Below, piece by piece: positions 41,544 through 49,167 of a DNA stretch of 64,000 nt (positions within the stretch are counted from its first letter, which is position 1; each line of letters opens with the position of its first letter). Below the pieces are notes generated by a model. The model saw only the letters and a program-made list of their open reading frames with translations. It was not told the DNA's origin and did no database searches. The translations under genes were made by a program, and so were the position numbers. Location of the stretch: positions 8,397-72,396 of the IMG/VR virus record IMGVR_UViG_3300031949_000022. One strand, 5' to 3'. The stretch is from a virus.

Positions 41544-42491
41544 GTGACGCAAGCAAACACCATCGAACCCCAGGACCCGCAGGGCCCGATCGTCGTCTAC
41601 CAATTCACCGTCGAGGAGCTGCGACATCAGCTCGCACGATACGCCGACGCCGAGTTTGCGACGCCGGCGCAGTACCGCGACGGAACCAAGGCACTCGCGG
41701 TCTGCCGCACGCTACGCGGTGACATCGAGTCAAAGCGTAAGGAGCTGAAAGCTGGAGCCTTGGAGTATGGACGCCGTGTGGACGGCGTGGCGAAGCAGCT
41801 GACGGCCGCCGTCGAGGAGGTCGAGTCCCCGCTGAAGGCCCGCAAGGCAACGGTCGACGAAGAGAAGGATCGTGTCCGTCGCGAGAAAGAGGAGGCGGAA
41901 CGGGCCGCGCGTGAGGAGGAGCTACGTGCGCAGCGAGAGGCAGAAGAGGCCAAACTCCGTGCTGAACGCGAAGCGGAGGAGGCGCGTCTGGCCGAGGAGC
42001 GCGCGGCCCTGGAGGCCGAGCGACGAAAGCTGGCGGAGGAGCAGGCTCGGCAGAGAGCAGAGCGCGCAGCCGAGGAGGCCAGGTTTGCCGCGGAGCGTGA
42101 TGCGGAGGAACAGGCGTTGGCGCACGAACGCCGCAAGCTCGAGGCTGAACGCCGAGCCATCGAAGAGCAGCGGCGACAGGCCGAGCTCGACGAACTCGAG
42201 CGTCGGGCCATTGCTCGCGCCGAGCAGGAAGGCCGGGAACGTGCTTCCCGCGAAGCCATCGAGGCCGAGGAAACTCGCGTGCGTGAAGCGGAGCGCCAGG
42301 CCGCGCTCGCCCTCCGACTCGATGCGCTGAGGCCCGACAAGGAACGGGCGCTGGACTATCTGGACCGGCTGCTGTCAGTCGACGCCCCGTCCGTGAGCGA
42401 TCAGGAGCTTTCCGCGGAACTCGACGTCGTCCGGATCACTCTGACCGAGAGCCGCGAGTCGATTGCTGGTATCGGTGACCCCCATGGATGA
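41544..42491 (+). CDS. DUF1351-like coiled-coil protein (tentative)
   Basis: GTG 41544 preceded by AAGGAGG. Long Glu/Arg/Ala coiled coil; typical neighbour of phage SSAP genes. Confidence 0.5.
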   Translation: MTQANTIEPQDPQGPIVVYQFTVEELRHQLARYADAEFATPAQYRDGTKALAVCRTLRGDIESKRKELKAGALEYGRRVDGVAKQLTAAVEEVESPLKARKATVDEEKDRVRREKEEAERAAREEELRAQREAEEAKLRAEREAEEARLAEERAALEAERRKLAEEQARQRAERAAEEARFAAERDAEEQALAHERRKLEAERRAIEEQRRQAELDELERRAIARAEQEGRERASREAIEAEETRVREAERQAALALRLDALRPDKERALDYLDRLLSVDAPSVSDQELSAELDVVRITLTESRESIAGIGDPHG

Positions 42492-42633
42492 CGCAACGAT
42501 GCTTGACACCGACAACCCGGCCCAATACTTCGCAGCCGTGAAACGCAGCGTCGTGGCGATGATTGCTGAGCTGACGGAGCTGAAGCACAACGCGCCGAAC
42601 CTACTCCGCGCCTGTGGAATCGAGGAGAGATGA
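42484..42633 (+). CDS. Small hypothetical protein (49 aa)
   Basis: Hand translation MDDATMLDTDNPAQYFAAVKRSVVAMIAEL...; overlaps the stop and start of its neighbours. Confidence 0.35.
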   Translation: MDDATMLDTDNPAQYFAAVKRSVVAMIAELTELKHNAPNLLRACGIEER

Positions 42634-43010
42634 AGCCACAATACGAACCGGTGTCCATGGAAAGTAAACTCGGGTACCTCATTGAGGAAGCCGGCGAGGT
42701 TCTGGCGGCAGCCGGCAAAACCATCCGGTGGGGGCTAGACAGCACGAATCCGGAGCTTCCTCCGGAAGAACAGGAGACGAATCGGGACTGGCTATTGCGA
42801 GAACTAGTCGATCTAGATGGCGCGATCAGAAGGGTTCGCGAAGCCGTGGGAGAAGGGCCGAGCGTGACACTGCCCCGCCACGAGGCCCAGCTACTGGCTA
42901 CCTTCGCGTACTGGACGATGGCAGAAGTGGAGCGAGACGTCATCGCGCCACTGCTGGAAAAGCTAGGGTTTCCGATCCCTGAAGGACGTACTTGGCCGGA
43001 GGGACGATGA
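42630..43010 (+). CDS. MazG-like nucleotide pyrophosphohydrolase
   Basis: ORF track (126 aa). ...KLGYLIEEAGEVLAAAGKTIRWG... EExGE-type motif. Confidence 0.55.
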   Translation: MKPQYEPVSMESKLGYLIEEAGEVLAAAGKTIRWGLDSTNPELPPEEQETNRDWLLRELVDLDGAIRRVREAVGEGPSVTLPRHEAQLLATFAYWTMAEVERDVIAPLLEKLGFPIPEGRTWPEGR

Positions 43011-43654
43011 AACCGAGCGAACGATGCATCGAGCCCAACGTGTTCGTACGCGGAGAACTGATCAGATCTGCAACGATCAATGTCACAGCGCTCGGTGGCG
43101 TGCTGGATGAATTCGGCGCGCGTGTCGCTGCACTGGAGTCCAAGGACCAACCCATCGCGGAAAGCCACGGCTTGGACCCCGAGCGTGTTCTCTGGCTGAT
43201 ATCACTGGCCAACGACGTCATTCCGAAGGAATACACGATGCTTCGCGAAGACATCGAGTGCATGCTCCGGACTCTGCGGCAAGCGGACTGGCGCCGAAAG
43301 CTCGAAGAATCAGCGGCGGCGGTCAAGGGTGGACCTTCGTGGCAGCGTGCCGGAATCGACCTGAATCCTGAAAAATACGAGACGTACCCGCCAGAGCCAT
43401 GCCCACACTGCCACGGGATGAAAACCGAGCCTTATAGCGATCCATCTGCCCCAGGAGACGAGAAGCCGTGTCGCGAGTGTGTGAAGCGACGTGAGTTCTG
43501 GGTGATTGTGTCCAACTCCGAGCACGGGATCAGCGAGGCCTACTACAGCCAGCGCCCAGAGTGGCCCGGCATGGCTGCGATGGGCTGGACCGAGCACCAT
43601 CTGGTCGAGCTCCGGGACGGCGAGCAGATCGTCAACCCAGGAGGAAAGCCGTGA
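43007..43654 (+). CDS. Hypothetical protein with zinc-ribbon motif (215 aa)
   Basis: ATGA overlap start; ...CPHCHG...CRECV.... Confidence 0.5.
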   Translation: MKPSERCIEPNVFVRGELIRSATINVTALGGVLDEFGARVAALESKDQPIAESHGLDPERVLWLISLANDVIPKEYTMLREDIECMLRTLRQADWRRKLEESAAAVKGGPSWQRAGIDLNPEKYETYPPEPCPHCHGMKTEPYSDPSAPGDEKPCRECVKRREFWVIVSNSEHGISEAYYSQRPEWPGMAAMGWTEHHLVELRDGEQIVNPGGKP

Positions 43655-43782
43655 GAATCCGCCCGCTTTTCGCTTGGTACGACTGCTGGGTCGGGATGTA
43701 CTGGGACCGCCGACTCCGCAGGCTCTATGTCCTGCCGCTGCCGTGCATCGGTTTTGTGGTCCAGTTCGAGGTGAAGCCGTGA
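43651..43782 (+). CDS. Small conserved-looking protein (43 aa)
   Basis: GTGA overlap. VRIRPLFAWYDCWVGMYWDRRLRRLYVLPLPCIGFVV... resembles a short motif seen in other phages. Confidence 0.45.
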   Translation: MRIRPLFAWYDCWVGMYWDRRLRRLYVLPLPCIGFVVQFEVKP

Positions 43783-44246
43783 GCCGAGCAGCACCGTCAT
43801 ACTGCGTCGACTGCGGTGCCGGATGTTGCACGCACATAGCGCGCGCCCTGGACGCCAAGGACGCTCGCATCGCGGAGCTCACCCGGGAGCGGGACGAAGC
43901 ACGGATGATGGCCATCGAGGAATGTGCAGCACGATTCGGCTCTGTCCGAGCTGCGCTCACCCGGGAGCGAGACCGGGCTCTGGCGGAGCGAGATGCGGCC
44001 GTCACCCGCGAAGAACTCGGGGTCACGGCGAAGGAGCTGCTCTTGGAGCGGGACGAGGCGCGGCGGGAGCGCGACGAGGCGAGACGACAGCTCGTGTCGG
44101 CACTCATGGCAGGAGACTGGCCCGGGACGCTGGGTACAGAGCGTGCCGAGGCTGATCGCCGATGGCCCGGAAGCGGGGAGGCGTTGTTCCCTTGCGCGCA
44201 GGTTGACACAGCAGGAGACTCCGCCGATGCCCCGCCGCCCAGGTGA
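43779..44246 (+). CDS. Coiled-coil protein with N-terminal Cys cluster (155 aa)
   Basis: GTGA overlap; ...YCVDCGAGCCTH... then Arg/Glu/Asp coiled coil. Confidence 0.5.
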   Translation: MSRAAPSYCVDCGAGCCTHIARALDAKDARIAELTRERDEARMMAIEECAARFGSVRAALTRERDRALAERDAAVTREELGVTAKELLLERDEARRERDEARRQLVSALMAGDWPGTLGTERAEADRRWPGSGEALFPCAQVDTAGDSADAPPPR

Positions 44247-44394
44247 CTCACGCGGCCGCGGGCATGACCCGACGCTAGGCGTCACTGGCACGGTAGGTGC
44301 ACCAAAACCAAGCCCATGCGCCGCACCATCGACCAGCACTGGCTGACTCAGCTCTTGTCCCTCCCGGACGACTCGAGCCCGACTGAGCTCGCGT

Positions 44395-44733
44395 TCAGAG
44401 CCCCTTCGGTCTATCGCGAACGTTGAGCAGATCCCCGCCCAACGCCAACATGCGAGCGATTGCCTCACGTTCCGCGCGGTTGGCAGCGTCTACCCCCCAA
44501 GCGTAGCCCAGGACCACGATGGCCGGGCCAGGCGCTGGAACGGTACGGATCCACTCTCGGACCCGCGCCCCTGACCCAATCCCACGATGGCACCTGACCC
44601 TCGCCTGTAGCGGTGAGCAGGTCCGACCAACGTACCGGATCGCGAACGGAAACAGGTCGGCTAGCCCATATATGCAGAATTGCCTACTCTTCAAGTCCCG
44701 TGACATTCTCCGAAGAGACATAGCAACCACCAT
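44395..44733 (-). CDS. Stand-alone GIY-YIG nuclease-domain protein
   Basis: Internal ATG. ...FCIYGL...IRYVGRT...R..H...N.AEREAI... GIY-YIG core order. Opposite strand to its surroundings. Confidence 0.55.
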   Translation of the reverse strand: MVVAMSLRRMSRDLKSRQFCIYGLADLFPFAIRYVGRTCSPLQARVRCHRGIGSGARVREWIRTVPAPGPAIVVLGYAWGVDAANRAEREAIARMLALGGDLLNVRDRPKGL

Positions 44734-44788
44734 GCCACTCGTGACACATGGCCCGGGACCTGCTAGCCTACCTGCAGGAGCCCCCAGC

Positions 44789-45022
44789 ATGCCCGGAGAA
44801 GCCACAGGCCCGATCGCCCGGATCCTCGGATGGCAGGAGCCACTCACCCCACGCCAGCGCAGGATCCAGCGATTTGTTCGCTCGGAGGTCACGGAGTCCT
44901 TATCCGACGAGCACACTCTACAGGCCGTCGCCGAGAGCTTCGGCACGACTTACCGCTCGGTTCGGCGATGGCTAGACCGATGGCCCGACCTTCAGAGCAC
45001 TGAACGCCGACGGGCCGGGTAA
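44789..45022 (+). CDS. HTH protein (77 aa)
   Basis: Internal ATG with AGGAG 8 nt upstream. ...HTLQAVAESFGTTYRSVRRWLDRW.... Confidence 0.5.
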   Translation: MPGEATGPIARILGWQEPLTPRQRRIQRFVRSEVTESLSDEHTLQAVAESFGTTYRSVRRWLDRWPDLQSTERRRAG

Positions 45023-45037
45023 GGGACCGTGACTTGG

Positions 45038-45204
45038 ATGTCATGGCAAAACGCAGCAGAAAACCGTCAGCCACTCGGCCGCCATGACAGACATGACATA
45101 GTCGATCTCTCGCTAAAGCTCGAATTTGCCAGTTCAGTATGTCACGCTTGTCATGTGGGCCACTTGTCTACCTTCGGGAAACCGGCAGATCCGAGCATGT
45201 CATG
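45038..45204. promoter_or_regulatory. Cluster of six ATGTCATG-type motifs in a non-coding, AT-richer stretch
   Basis: Copies at about 45038, 45083 (rc), 45092 (rc), 45139 (variant), 45149 and 45197. The overlapping track ORF has poor GC3. Confidence 0.5.
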
Positions 45205-45581
45205 CTTGGCACAGTCCTCGCATATACCCTAGACGTTCCCGGCAACGGGGGCCGGGCCCGAGGGCACAGCGGGCAGAGGACGACCGGGCTAGACAGGTCG
45301 AGTCGAGGCAGGCCGGACAGGACGCAGGCAGCTACCGAGGCCCGGGGAATCAGGGCCGCCCAGGGCTCGCCGCCGAAAGGTCGCGGGCCTGGGGCGTCAG
45401 CGGGGCGCCAAGGCCACTGGCCGCCGCACCCTCGAGGTGTGGGAGCATCGCGGCGCCAACACCCGCCGACCTCGCCTCGCGGACCGGCTGGGCATCTACC
45501 ACGAGCACACGGCGGACTACGTCCTCGCGCCGCGGGCCTAACCTGGCACGCCGATTGCAACACTGAAAACTCAGAAGCCCA

Positions 45582-45598
45582 CCCGGGGAGGACCCGGG
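45582..45598 (+). other. Conserved leader hairpin CCCGGG-GAGGA-CCCGGG upstream of cassette 1
   Basis: Read directly. A near-identical hairpin lies at 46190-46204 upstream of cassette 3. Confidence 0.4.
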
Positions 45599-45633
45599 CG
45601 GCAACCCGGCGAGGAGCCGGCAGGAGACACACC

Positions 45634-45816
45634 ATGGCACACATCACGATCACCGTCACCGCCGACCCGAACTCCGACGACTGCCTCCAGGCCGCAGTTG
45701 ACTCGTACGTCGCTGAGCATCCCGAGGCCGCCGGGTGGGACCTCAGCCCCCGGTGGGCAGACGACGACGACCGAGAGACCGTCGAGCTGACCGTCCCTGT
45801 GGCAGCTCAGCGCTGA
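45634..45816 (+). CDS. Small acidic protein (60 aa), cassette 1
   Basis: Internal ATG with AGGAGA upstream. MAHITITVTADPNSDD...YVAEHPEAAGWD.... Only this tail of the 225-aa track ORF looks coding. Confidence 0.5.
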   Translation: MAHITITVTADPNSDDCLQAAVDSYVAEHPEAAGWDLSPRWADDDDRETVELTVPVAAQR

Positions 45817-45823
45817 TCCGACC

Positions 45824-45857
45824 CTGAGCCTGGGGCCTCGCGGGGCCCCTCACTCAG
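45824..45857 (+). terminator. GC-rich stem-loop after cassette 1 gene (no U-tract)
   Basis: CTGAG..GGGGCC-loop-GGCCCC..CTCAG, 8 nt after the stop. Confidence 0.35.
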
Positions 45858-45911
45858 CGCCGCATCGGCCCTGACGGGACGCGAGGAGCGAACCGAACTC
45901 GAGGAGAGACG

Positions 45912-46139
45912 ATGCCACAACAATCATGTCCATGGTGCTCGCACTGCGGGCCCAGATACGACGAGGGGACGCCGAGGGTCGAGATCCCCGGAGCTCACTC
46001 CGACGGCACTACATGCGTGTGCCGCCATATTACCTGTCAGTCGCGCCAGGAAGCGCGCGCTGTCGGCGGGAGGTACTTCGACGCGGCGCGCTGTCGGTGG
46101 GTCTGCCTCGGAGGATGCGAGGCGTTATTGATTGTCTGA
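45912..46139 (+). CDS. Small Cys-rich protein (75 aa), cassette 2
   Basis: ORF track; conserved leader ...AACTCGAGGAGAGAC.ATG. Confidence 0.45.
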   Translation: MPQQSCPWCSHCGPRYDEGTPRVEIPGAHSDGTTCVCRHITCQSRQEARAVGGRYFDAARCRWVCLGGCEALLIV

Positions 46140-46150
46140 CGCCCGCCGGC

Positions 46151-46170
46151 CAGCCCCTCACGGGGGGCTG
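46151..46170 (+). terminator. Stem-loop CAGCCCC-loop-GGGGCTG after cassette 2 gene
   Basis: Read directly, 12 nt after the stop. Confidence 0.35.
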
Positions 46171-46189
46171 AGCGCTGGGATTCAGCCGA

Positions 46190-46204
46190 CCCGGGAGGAC
46201 CGGG
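46190..46204 (+). other. Conserved leader hairpin CCCGG-GAGGA-CCGGG upstream of cassette 3
   Basis: Read directly. Confidence 0.4.
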
Positions 46205-46226
46205 CCGCAACTCGAGGAGAGACATC

Positions 46227-46442
46227 ATGAAATTCACAGCCGCATCCCAGGTCCAGCGCTATCTCACCGAGCACCCCGAAGCCTGCGCAGAGTACGCGCA
46301 GCGCGACACCACCGGAGAGTGGTTCGACCACCACGCCGTGTGGCTCGACGAGTCCGGTGAGCTCGTCCAGAATCACCCGACAGACAGCCACCGCGGTCCG
46401 ATTGCCGCGCCGGCTGAGGCCAATTATCGGGTGGACCGCTGA
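46227..46442 (+). CDS. Small protein (71 aa), cassette 3, distant paralog of cassette 1
   Basis: ORF track; ...YLTEHPEACAEY...; same leader as cassettes 1 and 2. Confidence 0.5.
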   Translation: MKFTAASQVQRYLTEHPEACAEYAQRDTTGEWFDHHAVWLDESGELVQNHPTDSHRGPIAAPAEANYRVDR

Positions 46443-46453
46443 ATAGGAGATCG

Positions 46454-46615
46454 ATGATGCGCCACGAAATCACACACCAACCCGACCCCGACGACGGCCA
46501 CCTGATCCAGATCGTCACCCCGGAACGGCTCCGGGAAGTCCTGGATGCCGACGGCGAGACCTACGATCGGCCGGCGGACTTCGGGCCTGAGGATCAATGG
46601 GAGGTCGAGCCATGA
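46454..46615 (+). CDS. Small acidic protein (53 aa)
   Basis: Hand translation MMRHEITHQPDPDDGHLIQIV.... AGGAGA upstream; ATGA overlap downstream. Confidence 0.4.
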   Translation: MMRHEITHQPDPDDGHLIQIVTPERLREVLDADGETYDRPADFGPEDQWEVEP

Positions 46616-46839
46616 AGTGCCAAGAGTGCGCTCCCGATGAGTGGCCCGGCGAGGCCGTGGACCATCGATGCGCAGCGACCGATGAGGACGGTACATATGG
46701 CACCATCGCTCTGAGCCATCCTCGCCACGACGGACTTTTGCATGACCGATATTGGTCCTACTCGTGGCCCGACTGTGATGTGTGCGGAGAATCCTACTGC
46801 ACGCACTGTGGACTCCACGCTTGGGATCAGTGCAACTGA
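46612..46839 (+). CDS. Small Cys-rich zinc-ribbon-like protein (75 aa)
   Basis: MKCQECAPDEW...CDVCGESYCTHCG.... Confidence 0.5.
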   Translation: MKCQECAPDEWPGEAVDHRCAATDEDGTYGTIALSHPRHDGLLHDRYWSYSWPDCDVCGESYCTHCGLHAWDQCN

Positions 46840-46909
46840 CGACACCGTTCCGTCCCGCCCCCGCGCTCGCGAATGAGCGCGGGGGCTCGGGGAGTTGAAG
46901 GAGACCACC

Positions 46910-47104
46910 ATGGGACAGTATTTCGTAGTCGCGAACAGTCAGTCGAGCACCGAGGTCCTGGAGGCGCTGGCGGACACGGTGGAGGCCACTGTGTGGCTCG
47001 GGAGGGTCCCTCGGACCCTGTCCCTCTCCGAGGTCCTGGCCGGGGCAGAGCGGGCGGAACAACGCATGGCGGCCTGGCCCGAGTGGAAGCGGCGGGTCGC
47101 GTGA
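46910..47104 (+). CDS. Hypothetical protein (64 aa)
   Basis: ATG 46910 after GAAGGAGA; MGQYFVVANSQ.... Confidence 0.5.
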   Translation: MGQYFVVANSQSSTEVLEALADTVEATVWLGRVPRTLSLSEVLAGAERAEQRMAAWPEWKRRVA

Positions 47105-47385
47105 CAAATCCAGTGCATTGCTGGCACTCCGTCCGCTACGACAGCCACGATAGCCTGACCACCGCGCCTCTCGACCCCACCATTTACCGGTGCCCGGTGT
47201 GCGAATTTCTGATGGACCTTCGAACTTCCGCCGAATCGACGCTCATCGTCCCTCCCGAGCCTGCTCCACTGGCTGAAACCAAGGCCGCTCGCCAGCGCAG
47301 AATCAACCTGGAGCGTCTCAGAGAGACCGCGGCGGAGCGAAGGCGGGAGCAGAGGGCACTGGCGCGGTCCGGGAGAGTCGCATGA
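47101..47385 (+). CDS. Hypothetical protein (94 aa)
   Basis: GTGA overlap; ...YRCPVCEFLMD.... Confidence 0.5.
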   Translation: MTNPVHCWHSVRYDSHDSLTTAPLDPTIYRCPVCEFLMDLRTSAESTLIVPPEPAPLAETKAARQRRINLERLRETAAERRREQRALARSGRVA

Positions 47386-47576
47386 CCGACTGGATGGACC
47401 CGCTCGCTGTCATGCTCATCCGGCCGCCCACCGACCGCCTGAGGGTTCCGACCGACGACATCGTTCTCCACTACCGGGAGCTGCTGCTGACCGAGCACGT
47501 GGATATCGACGGCGCTGCGGAGCGCAGGTGGTGGACGTGGGAGATCACAAACGCAGAAACGCCCCGCCACCCGTGA
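47382..47576 (+). CDS. Hypothetical protein (64 aa), last gene of rightward block
   Basis: ORF track; ATGA overlap; followed by a hairpin. Confidence 0.5.
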   Translation: MTDWMDPLAVMLIRPPTDRLRVPTDDIVLHYRELLLTEHVDIDGAAERRWWTWEITNAETPRHP

Positions 47577-47588
47577 GGGCAGCGGGGC
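47561..47588. terminator. Stem-loop between convergent blocks (GCCCCGC ... GCGGGGC)
   Basis: 7-bp GC stem spanning the stop of 47382..47576 and facing the end of 47613..47996. Confidence 0.45.
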
Positions 47589-47612
47589 ATCGTGGTACCG
47601 GCGGGCTGGTGA

Positions 47613-47996
47613 TCAGTCGGGCTTGACGCGGGACAGTGCCGCAATGGCCGTCCCGAGGTTTCCGATGCGCTCGGACCTGCGCTGGACCGCTGAAGCGTCC
47701 AGATCGCCGAAGTTCATCGCTTGCTCGCGGGAGTTGACTTCTCGTCGAAGGTCGGTCGCCAGCAGAAACATGGCGCGCTGGACCGAATCGGACTTGACCT
47801 CTGCTTCCGGGCAGTCCGGCAGCAGATCTCTGTCGTAGGCCAGTTGAGCCACGAACTGGATCAGGCCAGCTACGGCATCCTCCTGCGTTGTCCCCGTAGA
47901 TCCCTCGTCTGGCCTGGACAACAGCGACGCGATGAACCCCTGGCTACCGTCGTCGAACGTGTAGGGCTTGACCGTGTATGAAAATTGATTGGACAT
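47613..47996 (-). CDS. HicB-like (UPF0150-type) protein
   Basis: Internal ATG after GGAGGAAACAAA. MSNQFSYTVKPYTFDDGSQGFIASLLSRPDEGSTGTTQEDAVAGL... HicB N-domain pattern. No HicA seen nearby. Confidence 0.55.
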   Translation of the reverse strand: MSNQFSYTVKPYTFDDGSQGFIASLLSRPDEGSTGTTQEDAVAGLIQFVAQLAYDRDLLPDCPEAEVKSDSVQRAMFLLATDLRREVNSREQAMNFGDLDASAVQRRSERIGNLGTAIAALSRVKPD

Positions 47997-48113
47997 TTTG
48001 TTTCCTCCAGATCGGGAAACCCAGTGGGCCCCGGGTGGATGGTTGAGCGTCGAGTGTAGCACGAGAACCCGTAGTCGTCTGGCCTTTCCGGACGGCGCCG
48101 CCGAATGTGGCGA

Positions 48114-48132
48114 CTGAACTACTGGCGTTCAG
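48114..48132 (-). terminator. Stem-loop CTGAAC-N7-GTTCAG just after the 48137 gene end
   Basis: Read directly; no U-tract; separates the lysis genes from the HicB-like gene. Confidence 0.3.
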
Positions 48133-48136
48133 TGGT

Positions 48137-48799
48137 TCAGAAGCCTGAGGTTCTAGGGTCGCTATACGGGTTTCCCGTATCGCCGGGCGCTCGGACCACA
48201 TCGGTCTCGCGAGGGATGGGGCGCGCCGCCATAGCGTCGGACACCATGCGCCTGATGTCCTGCTCTTGGACACGCTGCGATGCATCCAGTGCCATCCTGG
48301 AGCTTTTGGTGGCGATTTTCTCAACCATCTCATCGGAGACAGTCTGGATCGTCACCTCGCGGGTCTGGTCGCGGACCTCCTTCCGACTCTGTGATAGCTG
48401 ACCCCAAACCGTCAGGATTCCCACAAGCACTGCGGCAATCGGCGCGGCAACAGCCGCAATGATGGTGCGTCGTCCAGACCTTCTGCGGGCCTTCTCGATG
48501 GTCTCGATCCTGGCAGACTGCGCGAGGATGGCCTCTCCCTGCGCCTTCGCCGACCTCTGGATCGATTGGACGCTCTCGTAGATCCTGCGGATCAGGGCCT
48601 CGTAGCCACCGTCCACAGGCGTGAGTTCGCTGGGTGCCATTGGTGGTAGCGACGGCGGCACGAGCGGAGGAAGCGGGTGCACGCGCGAGACTGCCTGCTG
48701 GGTGAGGGCTCCGAGCGGCGGAGTCGGGGCGCGTCTCGGGTGGACCGGGCTCGGCGGAGGCAGTGGCACCCCTGGCAGACCAGGGGCCCACTTGGTCAT
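48137..48799 (-). CDS. Membrane-anchored coiled-coil protein (spanin-like, tentative)
   Basis: ATGA-overlap start. Pro-rich N-terminus, TM ...TIIAAVAAPIAAVLVGILTVW.... Lies in the lysis region. Confidence 0.5.
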   Translation of the reverse strand: MTKWAPGLPGVPLPPPSPVHPRRAPTPPLGALTQQAVSRVHPLPPLVPPSLPPMAPSELTPVDGGYEALIRRIYESVQSIQRSAKAQGEAILAQSARIETIEKARRRSGRRTIIAAVAAPIAAVLVGILTVWGQLSQSRKEVRDQTREVTIQTVSDEMVEKIATKSSRMALDASQRVQEQDIRRMVSDAMAARPIPRETDVVRAPGDTGNPYSDPRTSGF

Positions 48800-49167
48800 G
48801 GGCCCGGCTCCCGACCGTCCACAACAGCGAGTGCCGGCCGGCGCCCGTGGGTCGCCACGCACTGCCCTTCGATCCGGTCGAGCCGATCGGTGTACGTCCG
48901 GAGCAGGGTCAAGATCTCAGCCTGCGATTCCCCGATGCGAAGCACTGCCCGGTGCAGCTCCTCTTGCCGGCGTCCCATCCGGCAGACCTCGTCTCGGTAT
49001 TCCCGGATCTCTCGCCGCATCTCGGCCACCGACTGGACCAGATCACGGATCGCGTCAGGGCCTGCCGGAATGGTATCGTCAACATGGGCGATGGGAGGAG
49101 CCCGGGGGATCTGCCCGATTGGATCGGGCACGGAACTCTCGTTGGGCGGTGGTCGGTCGGCGTTCAT
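48796..49167 (-). CDS. Coiled-coil protein of lysis region (123 aa)
   Basis: ORF track. Confidence 0.5.
   Translation of the reverse strand: MNADRPPPNESSVPDPIGQIPRAPPIAHVDDTIPAGPDAIRDLVQSVAEMRREIREYRDEVCRMGRRQEELHRAVLRIGESQAEILTLLRTYTDRLDRIEGQCVATHGRRPALAVVDGREPGP

Noticed and set aside
41627-42340. 237-aa minus-strand Ser/Ala/Arg-rich ORF
   Set aside because: It is antisense to the Glu/Arg/Ala coiled-coil gene 41544..42491. It is a typical mirror ORF of a GC-rich repeat region.
45139-45816. 225-aa ORF spanning the low-coding island
   Set aside because: Only the last 60 codons (from ATG 45634, with an AGGAGA site) look like protein. The upstream part is Arg/Gly/Pro-rich with mixed codon bias.
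48000-48136. Search for a HicA-type toxin ORF upstream of the HicB-like gene
   Set aside because: No open frame of adequate length with a start codon and SD was found on either strand.
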